A stretch of DNA of 64,000 nt, filler included, from Asterionella formosa (GCA_002256025.1; 5 parts of 5 records of this genome joined end to end with filler, not necessarily neighbours in it); one strand, 5' to 3'. Positions 31,998-45,033 are shown, counted from the first letter of the whole stretch. Numbers and translations: made by a program. Notes: generated from the sequence alone by a model not told the origin.

Positions 31998-33180
31998 ATG
32001 AGCAATGATATGGACTCATCTGATGATGATTGCCTCTACCATTTCCGCAAGATGCATCATCAACAAAGAAGTGAGAATGATGCAAAGAAAATACAAAATA
32101 GGGGAGGAGGAGGTTCCAAGGTTGGCAAGGCTACTAACGTGAATCGCTTTCGCACAGAGTATGATATGGGGGATGACTATTTCAGCGAGAATCCAATCTA
32201 CTCTCCTGCACATTTCAGGAGGCGCTTCCGGATGCGTCGCTCCTTATTTGAAAAGATTCTTGAAGATTTGGATGAGGCGAATCCATACTTTAAACAGAAG
32301 AAAGATGCCTTGGGTCTGGTCGGTTTTTCGCCACATCAAAATTTAACCTCAGCACTTCAAATGTTGGCTTATGGAACTTTGGCAGATCAGCTGGATGACC
32401 TCACAAGAATGGCTTAAGCGACTACACTCCACATCCTAAAAGTGTTTTGTAACTCAACAATCAGCAGGTATGGAACAGAATACTTGCGAGCTCCTACAAA
32501 GGATGACATGGAAATGGTTTTACGTCTACATGAAGCAAAGGCAGGGTTGGCCGGGACTTCTTGGTTCATTGGATGTGATGCAGTGGAAATGGAAGAATTG
32601 TCTCAAGGCACACAGAGGAGCGTTTCAAGGAAAATATGGAGTGGCTACTGTTGCTTTGGAAGCTGCTATTGATTGTAGACTTTGGTTCCTCTGGCACGCA
32701 TGGTTCGGAATGCCAGGTGTTGACAGCAATCTCAATATTTTGGATCGTTCTCCATTTTTCCGGGATCTGACAGCTGGAAGGACTCCTGCCGTCAACTTCA
32801 CAATCAACAACAAAGAACACAATCTAGGTTACTCTTTGGTTGATGGCATCTATCCAGATTGGCACATTTTTGTCAAAACAATTTCAGAACCACAAGGTGC
32901 AAAGCGAGCACATTTTTCAATGGTTCAAGAGGCCCAACGCATGGACGTAGAGCGAGCATTTGGTGTGCTAAGAAAAGCAATGTGGAGGATCCTGGCGCTT
33001 CCATGCAACCTTTGGTCAGTGGGTGCAATGAATCATGTCATCACTCCATGTATCACACTACACAACATGATTGTAGAAGATGAGGGGGATACAAAAGACA
33101 CAAACGAATATTTATTTGATAATATTCAGGATGCTTTTTGGTTGACAATGTGAATCACGACAATGTGCATACTTTTCTAG
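31998..33180 (+). pseudogene. Pong/Harbinger DDE transposase, disrupted
   Basis: DYFSENPIY..HFRRRFRMRRSLF, LQMLAYG, GWPGLLGSLDVMQWKWKNC, LEA..D..LW..WHAWFGMPG, LVDGIYPDW, QEAQRMDVERAFGVL, CITLHNMIVEDE. Stop at 32415 and a frameshift near 32540. Confidence 0.9.
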
Positions 33181-33847
33181 ACCATCTCCTCCATTGCTTC
33201 ATGTGCCTTCATGGCAAACCACCTTTTTGCTTCTGCTGATTCACTATTCATTGAAAATATCTTGAATAGAAACTCATCACGTTGAGTTTTCACCTTTCTT
33301 TCGAGCATCATAACATGCTTCTGTTGAGAAAATAACATCCTTGCACAAAAGTGTTTCTAAATCCACAATTGCCTTTTTTGGGAATTCGTGATTATTTTTT
33401 TGGGTAAATATGTAGCAAATGGAGAATAATTTCTATCAATGATAGAATATTTTCCTAACTACCACTTCGGGGCTTCCTTTAAGATATGCCAACAACCTTC
33501 GATAATAAATTCTTTGCCTAGCCTTTTCCCTTTTCCTTCCAATTTAATTAGCTCCATTGCTTTATTTATCTTCCGTCCATCCCGATTTTGGAACACTTGT
33601 CACCTGTGCAAAAAGTTCGCAGAACTTTGTGACATCTTGATTTATCGTTCCCCATCGAGCCGTGCATGCTGTTGACGTCCGCTCCTTGCCATCCGGCCGG
33701 GATGAGACCTACATAGATCTCAAACACCCAGCCCCAAAACTTGCTTGCTTTTTGACCAGTCCCAGTGATTGAGTCTTCACTGGCTGCAACCCAGGACCGA
33801 GCAAGCGCCTCATCCTCTTCTTTCTCCCACATAACACTTGAACCCAT
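33180..33847 (-). pseudogene. Pong ORF1 Myb/SANT-like DNA-binding protein, disrupted
   Basis: WEKEEDEALARSWVAASEDSITGTGQKASKFW; lies inside the TIRs, convergent with the transposase. Confidence 0.85.
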
Positions 33848-34259
33848 ACTGACAAGGTTGGATAAATTGTTAGTATATTTATGAGTCGACACCAAACACA
33901 CACGCTGATGGATGTTTTTTTACTAGTCTAAGATTGTTCCGAAAATGTATTGCAACTATTTATGCACTCATTAAACCATAAACGTTAGGTTGCCGGCGTA
34001 AGCCACAATCTAAACCAATAGCGATGCTTCTTTTATTTGGTTATGGTCGGAGTCTAATTGACCAAATACCTGATATTTGGTCGATAAAGGGTTATCCTCG
34101 AACAAGACCAAAGCATATTTGGTCTTGGTCGATGCAGTGTCTAAATTATTCTTACTTTTTCGATCAACACAATGCATCATGACATGTAATGACCCGCAAC
34201 TTCAATTGGCTTGGTATTTGGTCGATGCGGTGGAGATGATCTTATAATTTTGCATTTCA

Positions 34260-35550
34260 TCTCTTGATATTGCATACACAGGTAACTGACCCCTTTTTGG
34301 GCTGGTTGCCTGTCCCCTCATCTACTCTTCTTTCTTTGCCATAGAAACTGTGATGTGTCTTTCAATCCACTGCTTCTTCGCTTGTTCTCCTTTGGATTTC
34401 TATGCAAACAGTACAACAAAGCCTCTACTTTGTTGCACCTCCTTTCCACATGATTTTTCTACCCCTCCGCCTTTCCCATTCCTTGAAGTTCTGGACTACC
34501 CCCTCCCCTGATTCAACTGTACCTCCTTCTCTCCAATTTGGCATTGGTCCTGGCACAGCATCCACCTCCTCTTACATCCCATGATACTGGCACCTTCAAT
34601 TTCTCTTGCTCATTGAATCACCATCCCTCATAGTACTACCAGCACTGGTGAACCCCCTGCCTCTCACCAGTGGCCACCATCAACTCCACCCCCTTCCCAC
34701 TCTTTCCGTCAATGTGAGGACATCCAGTGTGTTGCCTGTGGTACTTGGGGCTATTCTGCTTCTCACTGTTCATCCCTTGCCAAAGCTGCCCTTCTTCAGA
34801 CGGCATACATCCTTGCAAATCCCTCTCAGCCATGCTGAAAATGCGGCGCTACTGCTTCGAGGAAGACTGCTTACCTGACCTCAATGTGGATGATATTTAT
34901 GAAGCAAATTTTCTGTAGGTCAGTCATTCTCCCTTCCATGAATGATAACAAATTCGGGTTTGTGGAATGACTGTCAGAGAGAGTTACTACCCTCCTATTA
35001 GGACTCTTTTATTGCCGCTTCCTCTTCCTCTGACTCCATCTTGTCCCTCCTTAAATCGCCTTCATACCCATGCATTCAACATTCCTCATCATCCTACTGA
35101 TTGTTTTGACAGTTTTTCCCTTGTTCCTTCAATCCTTCCATATGCCAACAATTCAATAATGGCTACAATTACTATCTCTTGATCACTAATGCTAAAACCT
35201 GTTTTACATGGTGTTCTTAATTTCTTCCAAATCCCCTCCGTTTTATATTGTTCACAAATTCCTTAACACCTTTGGTCTTAATGAGGAACTTCACAGAGAA
35301 GAACATGCCAATATCACGTAATTGGCACGAAATGAAAGGATCAGATGGATAATTTATATGCTCCAAAGCGAAATATGCAGCCAACCACCAAGACAAAAAA
35401 ACTTCCACACAGAACTGGAAATTCTTTTGAAATCGCGAATGAGCAAAAACCGCCCCTTTTTGGAAAGCACAGACTTCATTCTAGTTGCATCAAGAAAATT
35501 CGCAGCAACAGGCCAAACAACACTATGAACATATTTCACCTCAACAAAAA
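34260..35550 (+). mobile_element. Possible highly decayed non-LTR retrotransposon 3' fragment
   Basis: Pyrimidine-rich stop-ridden sequence ending in NEELH...QTTL*TYF, reminiscent of LINE C-termini; weak evidence. Confidence 0.3.
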
Positions 35551-35918
35551 AACCTGTGAGGGCAAGCACCCATAGAATGCCCCAGCCAAGCATAGACAAA
35601 GAAATAGGAACACAACTCAATGAGAGCATCCAGGTTACAGACCCATGCATACAACCAGTGGTATCTTTACACCAGGAACAGATCACAGAAAATACACCAA
35701 AACACACCATCCACCACCCCAATCTGTCTGGGCCATGGAGCACAATGAATACAATGAATACAATCCTGTAGCTAGGCTAGTATTAATGTGCTATACAAAT
35801 TATTGATATATATCGAACAAGAATAAGCAGCAGCATGATGAAACCAATCTATACCACTGGATCGTAATATCCTAGCACACCCCGTGCTTTGAACTGAATC
35901 CTGGATCAATCTGAAAGC

Positions 35919-38382
35919 CTAGCTCACTGAACGAATTGCAACATCAATCTCAGTAGCGCTAGGAGCCAGGTAATTTTCCATAGGGCTTTCGACGTTCGCA
36001 TCCAGAAGCTGAATCTGTAATGAATCAGGAGTCATGACCTTTCCAGCTTCAGACGTCAACATGATATTCCCACTATTGGACAGACTCAGTGAAGCCAAGA
36101 ATAAACGGCAAACCTCATATCGCTCACAGTTCCTAGTAATTGCGTGAAAGTTGATCAATTGTGATGCCTTAGGTTCCCTTGAAAGCTTTGTATCAGCAGC
36201 CCTCTTCAGAATTTCGAGCTGTACACCAGAAATGACTTTTTCGCCGTACTTGTAAATGTCAAACTCTGGTCGCCGTTCTTCCTCCTCTAGAATAGGAGCA
36301 AGCTTGCTTTGCCATTTCCCTACTCGCTTGGTAAGATTTGTTTCAGCAGCATATTTATCAGCTCCCCTGGCGAAAGCTCGAATATGAGCTCGACATAGAG
36401 CTTCAAAGGCAGTCGCATCTGGACTCGTCGAATCTGCAGCATTTATAATAAGCGCATGCCCTGACAGCAAAAACACTCTACCTATCTAGCACTTACCGTG
36501 TTCCGATGTCAAATAAACATGGTCTAGCGAAACCATGCCTGTATTACCCATTGCTGCCTTGTCATTGTCGACATCTTCCCCACCTCCGAAGGACCCATCA
36601 TCTCCGCCTCCAAAGTCAAAGTCTTCCCCATTGTCGTCATGATCATCGTATCCAAGAAGATTATTTGCCTCTTTTTCAGGCAATGCAGAGGGATTTTCGG
36701 CAACGACCTTTCGACGCAATCGCCGCTCAGCGACCCTACGCTTGGCTTCAGCTTTCGCAATATACGCGAATTCATGGCCAAATATGAGGCCCTTAACAGG
36801 TACAATCGGGCGTTGCAGCACGTAGTCTTCAACACTAGCATTGTAATCCTCCGAAAGAGCAGTGTCACCTTCATTCCGGCTATTTCCTACTTGTTCTCGT
36901 CTACGTCGATCATTTGCCATTATCGCCTTGAAAGTAGCGGCAGCAATGCACATATTTTCTTTGATTGCAGGTTGTTCTTGGAATCTTGGCTCGTGCTTTC
37001 TCTTGGTACTGGCACCGGTGACACATTGTGATGGTGGTTCCACCAAGCCACAAGGTAGCTTATAAGTGATTCCGACCTTGAGCGAGCGACCTGTTACTGA
37101 TTCTGTGTCGTGAGGATCTAAAAGGTCCCATGGATCAGCCTTGCTATGCTTGGCAGATGCCTTGAATTGTACAGACTTTGACTTCTCTGTAGTCTCTTCA
37201 AATTTTCTAGACAAATTAATTTCGTCATTCATATCGAATCCAGGTCCATCGTTTTCATCACCGTCAGCATAGTAGAGCCCACCAACTTCGTCATCCACTT
37301 CCATTGGAGATAGTCCTTCAGCATGGGAAGGGTTCATCATCACGGCGCCAATATGACTATGACGAGGTCCATTTTGATTCGACGCATGAATGGCAGTCCC
37401 AGGCAAATGCAGAATTCCAGAATGATTGACATCACTCCTGTCACTCAATAGACGCAAGTTGCTTCCACCGGCATCACCACCTTCCCTGTTGAGGGTGCTC
37501 ATGAGCGTACGAACAGCTGCCGCCATGTTTCCATGTTGCAATGCACTTGCGTCCATCTTCGTGACAGATAGACCACCAAGTGAAAAGCGAGTTCCACTCA
37601 TGGAAGGGCGACTGACAAGGCTGACGAGAGAGTTGTTAAGCTCAGCGCCGTGTCGATCAAGCGCAGACTCTTTAAGGTTAATCTTGTCTCCACCTTCTGT
37701 TTTGTCAGTAGGCAAAACATCATCTAGTAAAAGGAATTGAAATTCTGTATCAAATGCCTCGAAATCATCGATTTCCGCATCAGTGCCCTTCGTCTTTTGC
37801 TGTTTGGCATGTGCAGAAGAGGCGACAAGGTCATCGAGAGCAGCATAGACCAACGCATAGAGGTACTCTACCTTTCGACCGTAGACGTTGGTTGAGTTTT
37901 GTAGTAGGAGAGCTGCTTGTGAAAAGTTCGGTGTGCCATCACTGGAGAAAAGAGACGCAGCTCCAGCAGCAGTTTCAGGGTCAAGGCCAACAATATCTTG
38001 GAGATAGTCTTCGAGGCTTTGGTGAAAAGCAGAGAAATGAAAAGGTGAGCAAAGAAAAGTTCATGTAGAAAACTAAGCTGCCGAGTACGTGGGTCTCCAT
38101 GGTTCTAATATCATGATGTCTTCCTATGTACTGATGAGTATACAGGTTGTATGCGTGTCGATTGCTCGATCAGAGTGCACCGGTAACTGAACTGCGTTTG
38201 TATTTGCTTGGCAACCAAATAGCATCAATTTTACGGAATCTAATCTTACTGCTTCTGTGAATGACTTACTATGAAGCAATATCGACATCCCAATTCTTAG
38301 CCAAATCTCTGAGAGGCTGCAAATTTGCGAGAGCAGCCTCGAGCTTCTGATGAGTACCGTCGCTTGCGTCCATCAACATCAT
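35919..38382 (-). CDS. NCAPH2: Condensin II kleisin subunit CAP-H2; at least 3 exons (38382-~38269, 38016-~36497, ~36435-35919)
   Basis: LQPLRDLAKNWDVDIAS/YLEDYL, NFSQAALLLQNSTNVYGRKVEYLY, DPWDLLDPH; C-terminal WQSKLAPILEEEERRPEFDIYKY and EVCRLFLASLSLSNSGNI. GTAAGT donors near 38268 and 36496. Confidence 0.93.
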
Positions 38383-39140
38383 GGTTGCAAAGTTTAAACG
38401 GCGTTTTTGGCAACAACCGTGTAGAATCCAAATAGTTCTGCAGTGGAACAGTACCGGTATTTATTATTACGCTCGTGTATGAATATATTAAGAACAGGAT
38501 CATGCACTGACTATTTATTACCGGTTCATGTTTTCTGTTTACCATAATGCATAATGGAGTACCGGTATGTAGTCTATTGGTACCTGGTACGCAAATAGAG
38601 TACCAGGTACCCTGGTCCAAGGAGATAAAGGCGTTATTTAGTACCGGTAACACGAAAGGGCGACTCGATTTGAATTTACCAGGAGCCTGGTAGCTACTTT
38701 ATGTACAGTACTGCTCGCGAGACAGTGAATGAGTGGAAAGTACCGGTAATTTGAATTTCGAAGAATTGATTCTTGGACAAGGCAGCGACTACTATTATGT
38801 AGATACAGTACCAGGTAGCATTCCGCAGGACTACAACAACAGCCAGCGAGCCAAGGCCAGTAATGAATGCTACGCAAAAATTCAGAAACAACGGAATCTT
38901 AAATATATACGCACGGGTGCTGTATCGAATTATCTTTTTCATATTCACTACCAGGTACCGGTATCTCATTTTTTACTCAGAGTACTACTACAGGTTCTAA
39001 GTTCTACCGGTAGGTATACAACGACACTACATATGTATCACATTCGCGCATACAAGGGTTGTCAACTCAACGACAGCAGTCTTGATTGTGAATGAAACGA
39101 TCTGAGAACATTATTAGTTTGCTTGCCCAAAGATTGAACC

Positions 39141-39330
39141 ATGACTCCGTCTTGGATTGAGATCGCAGAAGATTCGGATTTTTCGTTGGAAAACATTCCC
39201 TTCGGCGTTTTCTCGACTCGGGAAAAGCTTCTGCCCCGCTGTGCAACAGCAATTGGAGACACAGTTGTGGATCTATCCATCTTGGCAGAATCCGGCATGC
39301 TTGATGATATACCCAATTTCTCGCCGCGAT
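39141..39330 (+). CDS. FAH: Fumarylacetoacetase N-terminus, truncated by contig end
   Basis: SWIEIAEDSDFSLENIPFGVFST..PRCATAIGDTVVDL. Confidence 0.88.
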
Positions 39331-39430
39331 NNNNNNNNNNNNNNNNNNNNNNNNNNNNNNNNNNNNNNNNNNNNTTAATTAATTAANNNNNNNNNNNNNN
39401 NNNNNNNNNNNNNNNNNNNNNNNNNNNNNN
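39331..39430. other. Artificial contig spacer
   Basis: 100-bp N-TTAATTAATTAA-N. Confidence 0.97.
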
Positions 39431-39945
39431 CCTTTCCTTCTATTTCTATATTGTACTTGCTCGACTTATTGCTGTAGACTATTTGTAGCTGCTCCGAAAC
39501 GGAGAAGGCCATTGCGGCACATCTCAATTTTGACTCACTACGGCGACATGCAAGGTTAAAATATGCAACAGCTGTTTCTGAACGAAATAACGGATTCAAT
39601 TCCTTATTGTCAGCTACTCAGCATCCTTTCCTTCTTTTTCTATATTGTACTTGCTAGAGTTATCGCTGTAGACTATTTGTAGCTGCTCCGAAACGGAGAA
39701 GGCCATTGCGGCACATCTCAATTTTGACTCACTACGGCGACATCCAAGGTTGAAATATGCAACAGCTGTTTCTTAACGAAATAACGGATTCAATTCCTTA
39801 TTGTGAGCTACTCAGCATCCTTTCCTTCTTTTTCTATATTGTACTTGCTCGACTTATTGCTGCAGACTATTTGTAGCTGCTCCGAAACGGAGAAGGCCAT
39901 TGCGGCGCATCTCAATTTTGACTCACTAGCTACGGCGACATGCAA
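39431..39945. repeat. 194-bp tandem repeat, ~2.6 near-identical copies at the contig edge
   Basis: cctttccttct.tttctatattgtacttgct starts at 39431, 39625 and 39819. Confidence 0.93.
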
Positions 39946-40362
39946 TGCTAAACGATGCTCAACGAGGACCAACAGTGCTTTATTTCCAATCTGGCAGGCT
40001 ATTGTAATCTCTACAATCAACAATGACTTAATTATGTGTCTACAACATCAACTACTACTACTACGTGTGCTGAATTCTACAGTGTGAATCTTCCTCTTGC
40101 ATGTGTTATTCTTTGCCAGTTCAGATCAAAGTGATATGTCGGAGCGGAAAAAATAATAAGTGTATCGGAATTGGCGACTCTTTCGTTCATTATATGGTGA
40201 AAGCAGCATAATATTGCGGCAGAGCAGCATAATTTCGCTTTTAAACTGTTGCGATGGCTAGTTGGTCAACATATATTGTCACGAACACACATAATTATTG
40301 GTGTGATCACATAATTATTCGATAAGTGAAATAAATTTTTGTTTAACCCGAATAAATGAGGG

Positions 40363-40440
40363 AAAAAGTAGCATAATATTTCAAAAAAGTAACATAATAT
40401 TTTAGAAAAGTAACATAATATTTTAAAAAAGTAGCATAAA
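40363..40440. repeat. Minisatellite, 4 x ~21 bp (aaaagta(g/a)cataatattt)
   Basis: Seen directly in the sequence. Confidence 0.8.
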
Positions 40441-40539
40441 TACGTCACTTTACACATAAATTCGAAAAAGTGCCGTAAACGGCGTCTTAGATGATGGCAA
40501 CAACTGATTGGCGAATTGTGCATTGTCCTCCTCCCACCA

Positions 40540-40980
40540 GCCCTCCCCGGCAGCCGTAGCCTGTTCAGCTTATTCCATGGCCAATACGCACCGCTAGCCG
40601 GTCTTTCCACCTCTCGGACAACGCCCTTCTCACCCATTTCAACTCTCTTTTACCACAGCCCACCTCCTGGACACTGCACCGGTTGAATCCCATCATGCTC
40701 TCCTTGCTGACCTCCGTGCTGTTCAGCCAAGCGGCCGTTGGCTCTGGAGTCGAAGTGTCCCCGCCCTGCACCCGCACCACATCCTTCACCTGGCACCTCT
40801 GGGTCACTTTCTGCTCCACCCTTGACCTTGACCCTTCCCCCCCCCCCTCCCCCTCCTTCCAGACTTCCGCGATAATAAATCCCATGGGGAAACACCTAGT
40901 ATACCGGTACGGACTCTGTGTGCAGTGGTAACAAGGTGCTGGAACTCCTAGTAAACCCGCCATTACCACCATCACCCAGA
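40540..40980 (+). mobile_element. GC-rich fragment of a DIRS/Ngaro-like tyrosine-recombinase retrotransposon
   Basis: Translation ASRSFHLSDNALLTHFNSLLPQPTSWTLHRLNPIMLSLL resembles the RNase H tail of such elements; HLWVTFCSTLDLDP resembles the start of the YR ORF; abrupt GC shift. Confidence 0.55.
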
Positions 40981-41388
40981 TTTACCTACCACTAGTTTTA
41001 ACTTCTAGACCCCCGTATCAGGGTTGAGTAGAAACGGGAGTCCTAGGCAAAGCGGGTACAGAATACCGGTAAATAGTCAACTATTTTATCATTTTATCCC
41101 GGGATGAATAAATTTATCTGGCACAAAAGAAAATAGGAGCTGAAATGACGAGACAACATGACACCAACATTTGCTTGTCACGACTCCCATGTATAAAATG
41201 TATCACAATTTTAAGTTGTAGACTACGTCGGTACTCCACCGAGTACCAACTTGATAGTTCTACTTGATTGATGCATAGGCACTGCTACAATTTGCCTTGT
41301 CGCTGCACACAATTGATAGCCAACCAACCACCCCTGCAGTCTAGCACATTGCAGCCAATGTTCGCATTGCGCAATGCACACAAAAAAC

Positions 41389-42921
41389 ATGTTTTCTCCA
41401 ATATTTCGAGGGCCCAAATTGGCGCTCGTTCGCTTCTCGAGCTGCAATAGCAAGGTCCTCTCGTCAGTTCAAGAAGCTCTTTCCAAGGTCCCCTCTCTTG
41501 AAAACGTGACTGTGTGTATCGGAGGCTTTGGACTCGGAGGCAACCCCGAGACTTTCTTGAGTGCTCTCTCCGAACATGACGGCACTTCCAATCTCACAGT
41601 CGCGTCGCTGACGGCAGGCATCGATGGCTTTGGTCTTGGCAAACTCATTGAAGGGGGGAAAGTCAAGAGAATTATTTCCAGCTATGTCGGGGAGAATGCG
41701 GAACTCGAGAAGAGATACTTTAATGGATCTCTACAGGTCGAACTGACGCCTCAGGGGACCTTGGCGCAGCGCATGCAGGCAGCAGGGGCTGGTATACCTG
41801 CATTCTTTACTCGAACTGGGGCCGGAACGATTTATGCCACTGGAGGCATTCCTATTCAGTACACATCAGACGGATCTGGAGATGTACTAGTCGAGAGCAC
41901 TCCAAAAGTTACGCAAGAATTTGATGGACTGGAATATGTCATGGAACTAGCCCTCAAGGCTGACGTTGCGTTTGTCAAGGCTTGGAAGGCCGACACTAGA
42001 GGTAATCTTGTCTTTCGAGGAACAGCACAAAATTCGAATCCAGATGCTGCAATGTCGGGAAAGATTTGTTTGGTGGAAGCAGAGGAAATCGTAGAAGCGG
42101 GGGCGTTGCACCCCAATGAGATTCACCTTCCTGGTGTATACGTCGACCACGTGATTCTAGCGACAGAAAATGAAAAACACGTAGAACGATTGCGATTGGC
42201 TTCTACCGGAGGAAGAAATGGGGTCGTGAAGGGAGGGCGGGGAAGAATAATGAGACGAGCCGCCAAGGAGTTCAAGGATGGGATGTATGTCAATCTTGGG
42301 ATTGGGTTGCCGACCATGGCGAGCAACTACATTCCGGAAGGGGTGAAGATTGAATTGCAAGCCGAGAATGGTCTCATGGGCATTGGACCCTATCCTGCTT
42401 CGGAAGCAGACGCTGACGCGGATTACATCAACGCTGGAAAAGAAACTATTACTGCCTTGCCAGGAGCAAGTACGTTTAGTTCGAGTAATTCCTTCAACAT
42501 GATTCGAGGGGGACATATTGATTTGACTATATTGGGAGGACTTCAGTGCAGCGCTACAGGAGATCTAGCTAACTGGATTGTACCGGGTAAGCTTGTCAAG
42601 GGTATGGGAGGCGCCATGGATTTGGTCGGCGCTCAAGGCACTAGGGTTGTTGTGACTATGGACCATACGGCAAAGGATGGTTCACCTAAAATTCTTCAGG
42701 TTTGTTCCCTTCCGTTGACTGGTCACAAAGTGGTGGACAGAATCATTACTGATGTCGGGGTCTTTGATTGCGACAAGCGCGGTGAGGGTGGTTTGACCTT
42801 GGTTGAGATTGCCCCTGGAATGACTGTTGCGGATGTTAGGGCCTGTACTGGGGCGGACTTTAAGACTGTACCAGAGCCCATTCCTCTCATGGATGACCAT
42901 ATCGACGAAGATCATGAGTAG
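41389..42921 (+). CDS. OXCT1: Mitochondrial succinyl-CoA:3-ketoacid CoA transferase (SCOT, fused alpha/beta)
   Basis: [57 protein letters not shown], catalytic [23 protein letters not shown]; presequence-like N-terminus. Confidence 0.96.
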   Translation: MFSPIFRGPKLALVRFSSCNSKVLSSVQEALSKVPSLENVTVCIGGFGLGGNPETFLSALSEHDGTSNLTVASLTAGIDGFGLGKLIEGGKVKRIISSYVGENAELEKRYFNGSLQVELTPQGTLAQRMQAAGAGIPAFFTRTGAGTIYATGGIPIQYTSDGSGDVLVESTPKVTQEFDGLEYVMELALKADVAFVKAWKADTRGNLVFRGTAQNSNPDAAMSGKICLVEAEEIVEAGALHPNEIHLPGVYVDHVILATENEKHVERLRLASTGGRNGVVKGGRGRIMRRAAKEFKDGMYVNLGIGLPTMASNYIPEGVKIELQAENGLMGIGPYPASEADADADYINAGKETITALPGASTFSSSNSFNMIRGGHIDLTILGGLQCSATGDLANWIVPGKLVKGMGGAMDLVGAQGTRVVVTMDHTAKDGSPKILQVCSLPLTGHKVVDRIITDVGVFDCDKRGEGGLTLVEIAPGMTVADVRACTGADFKTVPEPIPLMDDHIDEDHE

Positions 42922-43299
42922 CCATTGCAATTTTTCAGGAAAATTTAAGTGAAACATGGGTACAGGTGAAATATTCACCAAATCAAATCTGTAACTAGCA
43001 TATAGAGAATCATATATCAAAATGAATTATAGAATGAGAGTAACTTATATTTCTTATAACCTGAATATTGGTCTGCGGAATGGATCTAAGTTTAACATGG
43101 CGTTTGGACCTCAGTTGAGATGCCCTGGAAATGAAAAGGTTGATTCCAATGTGTGTGTGTCCGCCAGAGCCAGACCAATTTATCTGATTGGCTTAACCTT
43201 GAGCTTACTGATTGGAGCAGGTATGCGAACCATGTACAGTACAGCAATTATTTTATTATGTTATCATTCCTTCCTTCTCCCATAAGCATACTGCTATTA

Positions 43300-44330
43300 C
43301 AACTGCACCAACCCCAACATGCAAGTGTAGAGTTGTCTGTGTGTCTGACTGGGATGTTTGCAAAAAGCACAATCTTCTTGGTCAAGACCAACACATCAAG
43401 TCTCATCAGGATCTGGATATAGATTACGAGAATTACCATTCGCAACTAAATTGACGAACGGTGACTGCAATAGGTTGGCCGCCAATGTTTGCATATGCAA
43501 TAAGTGTAATATTGCAATGAAAGGGACTTATACACTACCCCCAGATAATAGAGCAACATTGTTACTACAGGATGACTGGATCACAAATCACATCTCCAAG
43601 GCCATTTGAGAGGAAAGCTACAAAAATGCAATTTTAAAAATACATCATTACAAAGACCAGAAAAAAATTTGAAGCATACATCATTACAAAGACCAGGTGG
43701 GATACATGAGAAATCTTCGACATGACCGATTGAGAGGCAAGTTGCAGAGCTGGAGATCAAATGATGAAGAGTCAGAAGATCACACTCATCAAGTTGGAAT
43801 TCGACCTATTAGAAACAACGAAAAACAAAAATCATGAATGACTTATAGATGGGAGACGCCCGCAATGCAGGCATTTCAATGAGGATTTTAACTATGTGCT
43901 TACGTGCCCACATCACATACAGCAAACAAACGAATGATGGAAGGAGTGGCAAAACTTTATTAATTTTATCAGAGGAACATATTTCCGTTTGTTTCTCAGA
44001 AATTTAGTACTGGCAGTGGAATGGAACAATGGTTATTCGACAGGCCTGGTTGAGTACTGTCTGGCAGACTATGGTAGAGTGTTTCTAGACCATCTGTAGT
44101 GTCTCATAAAAAGGCTGTATAAGATTGTCAAAGATATAAGCTCCAGTCACGAGGATTGTGGACTCGATTGTAATCCAATGAGTCGAATATTGCATTGCCA
44201 TGCCAATCAGCTATCTAACGAGATCAATGATTGAAGATTCTAAGGAAATATAAAGTGGAAATTCGACGAGAGTCTTATAACAACTTGTGGGAAGCATAGA
44301 TGCATGGAGAGGAAACATTTAGTTTAACTT
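43300..44330 (+). mobile_element. Decayed non-LTR retrotransposon 3' part (RNase H tail plus CCHC knuckle)
   Basis: HIKSHQD..LPFATKL..DCNRLA (RNase H C-terminus), YIITKTRWD..FD..D, and PQCRHFNEDFNYVLTCP (CxxC..H..C-like knuckle); many stops. Confidence 0.6.
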
Positions 44331-44428
44331 TTAATTTTAGATGATCAATTGAGGAAACAGTGTGTTAATTGACAGGAAGGTCAAAATAAGTTTTATTACA
44401 TCTTTCAATAGCAGGAAGGCTAGAAGCA

Positions 44429-44740
44429 TGTTGAAATATATGGCGCCTACTCTAGCACGTTCCAGTACTGCCCTGGAATGACTGGTCAAGATCTGTCTCG
44501 CGCCGCTCGTTAGAGTATTATTCTGCTACATAAATACTGTCTATTTCCGTTTAGACATTCCTCAGACTACATCTAGTCTTCGGACACCTGTCGACATCAA
44601 CAGCCTAACAGACACACTCTGACAGAAGCATGCAGAGCAGAGAGAAAAGAAGGTGGTACTAGGGAGGACTACGAGCACGTAAGAATCTACGTAAAGAGAC
44701 CCAGCCCGCGAGAAGGAGGTCGTACGGACCTTTTCCAACA
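44429..44740. mobile_element. Possible solo LTR (312 bp)
   Basis: TGTTGAAA...TTCCAACA termini and an internal TATA-like motif, but no matching TSD. Confidence 0.3.
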
Positions 44741-45033
44741 TAAGTACCGGTACCGGTTGGGTTCTTAGGGAAATAAATTGCGAGGTCCAACATAAATATA
44801 TATCATATCAAAAAAATTCCATCCATGCTCTTTTTGGCAAGAACGGCCGACCGAAGACGAGAGAGGGGACGACCCACTAAAGAACGAGTTCCGTTTCGGG
44901 CCATAATTTATTCAGCGTTGAAAGTCCACTACGGTAGTCCATACCGAATTGATGTGTAATTCTGTTCATTGCCGACTTGCTGCCGACTACGGTTCACACA
45001 GCACGGAGTCACTGCACAAATCTATGGAATAGC

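Larger units (their letters stand above)
31744..34241. mobile_element. Full-length Pong-like PIF/Harbinger transposon (non-functional copy)
   Basis: Left TIR GAGCATCTCCACCACATCGACCAAATACCAAAGCCAA; right end reverse complement GATCATCTCCACCGCATCGACCAAATACCAAGCCAA. TTA target-site duplication at 31741-31743 and 34242-34244; subterminal (t)cgaccaaa repeats; two convergent ORFs. Confidence 0.95.

Noticed and set aside
39431..40440. CRISPR-like array (194-bp and 21-bp repeats)
   Set aside because: Head-to-tail repeats without unique spacers, no cas genes, eukaryotic context.
39141..42921. FAH next to SCOT as a tyrosine/acetoacetate catabolic gene cluster
   Set aside because: The two genes are on different contigs joined by an artificial spacer in a size-sorted concatenation.
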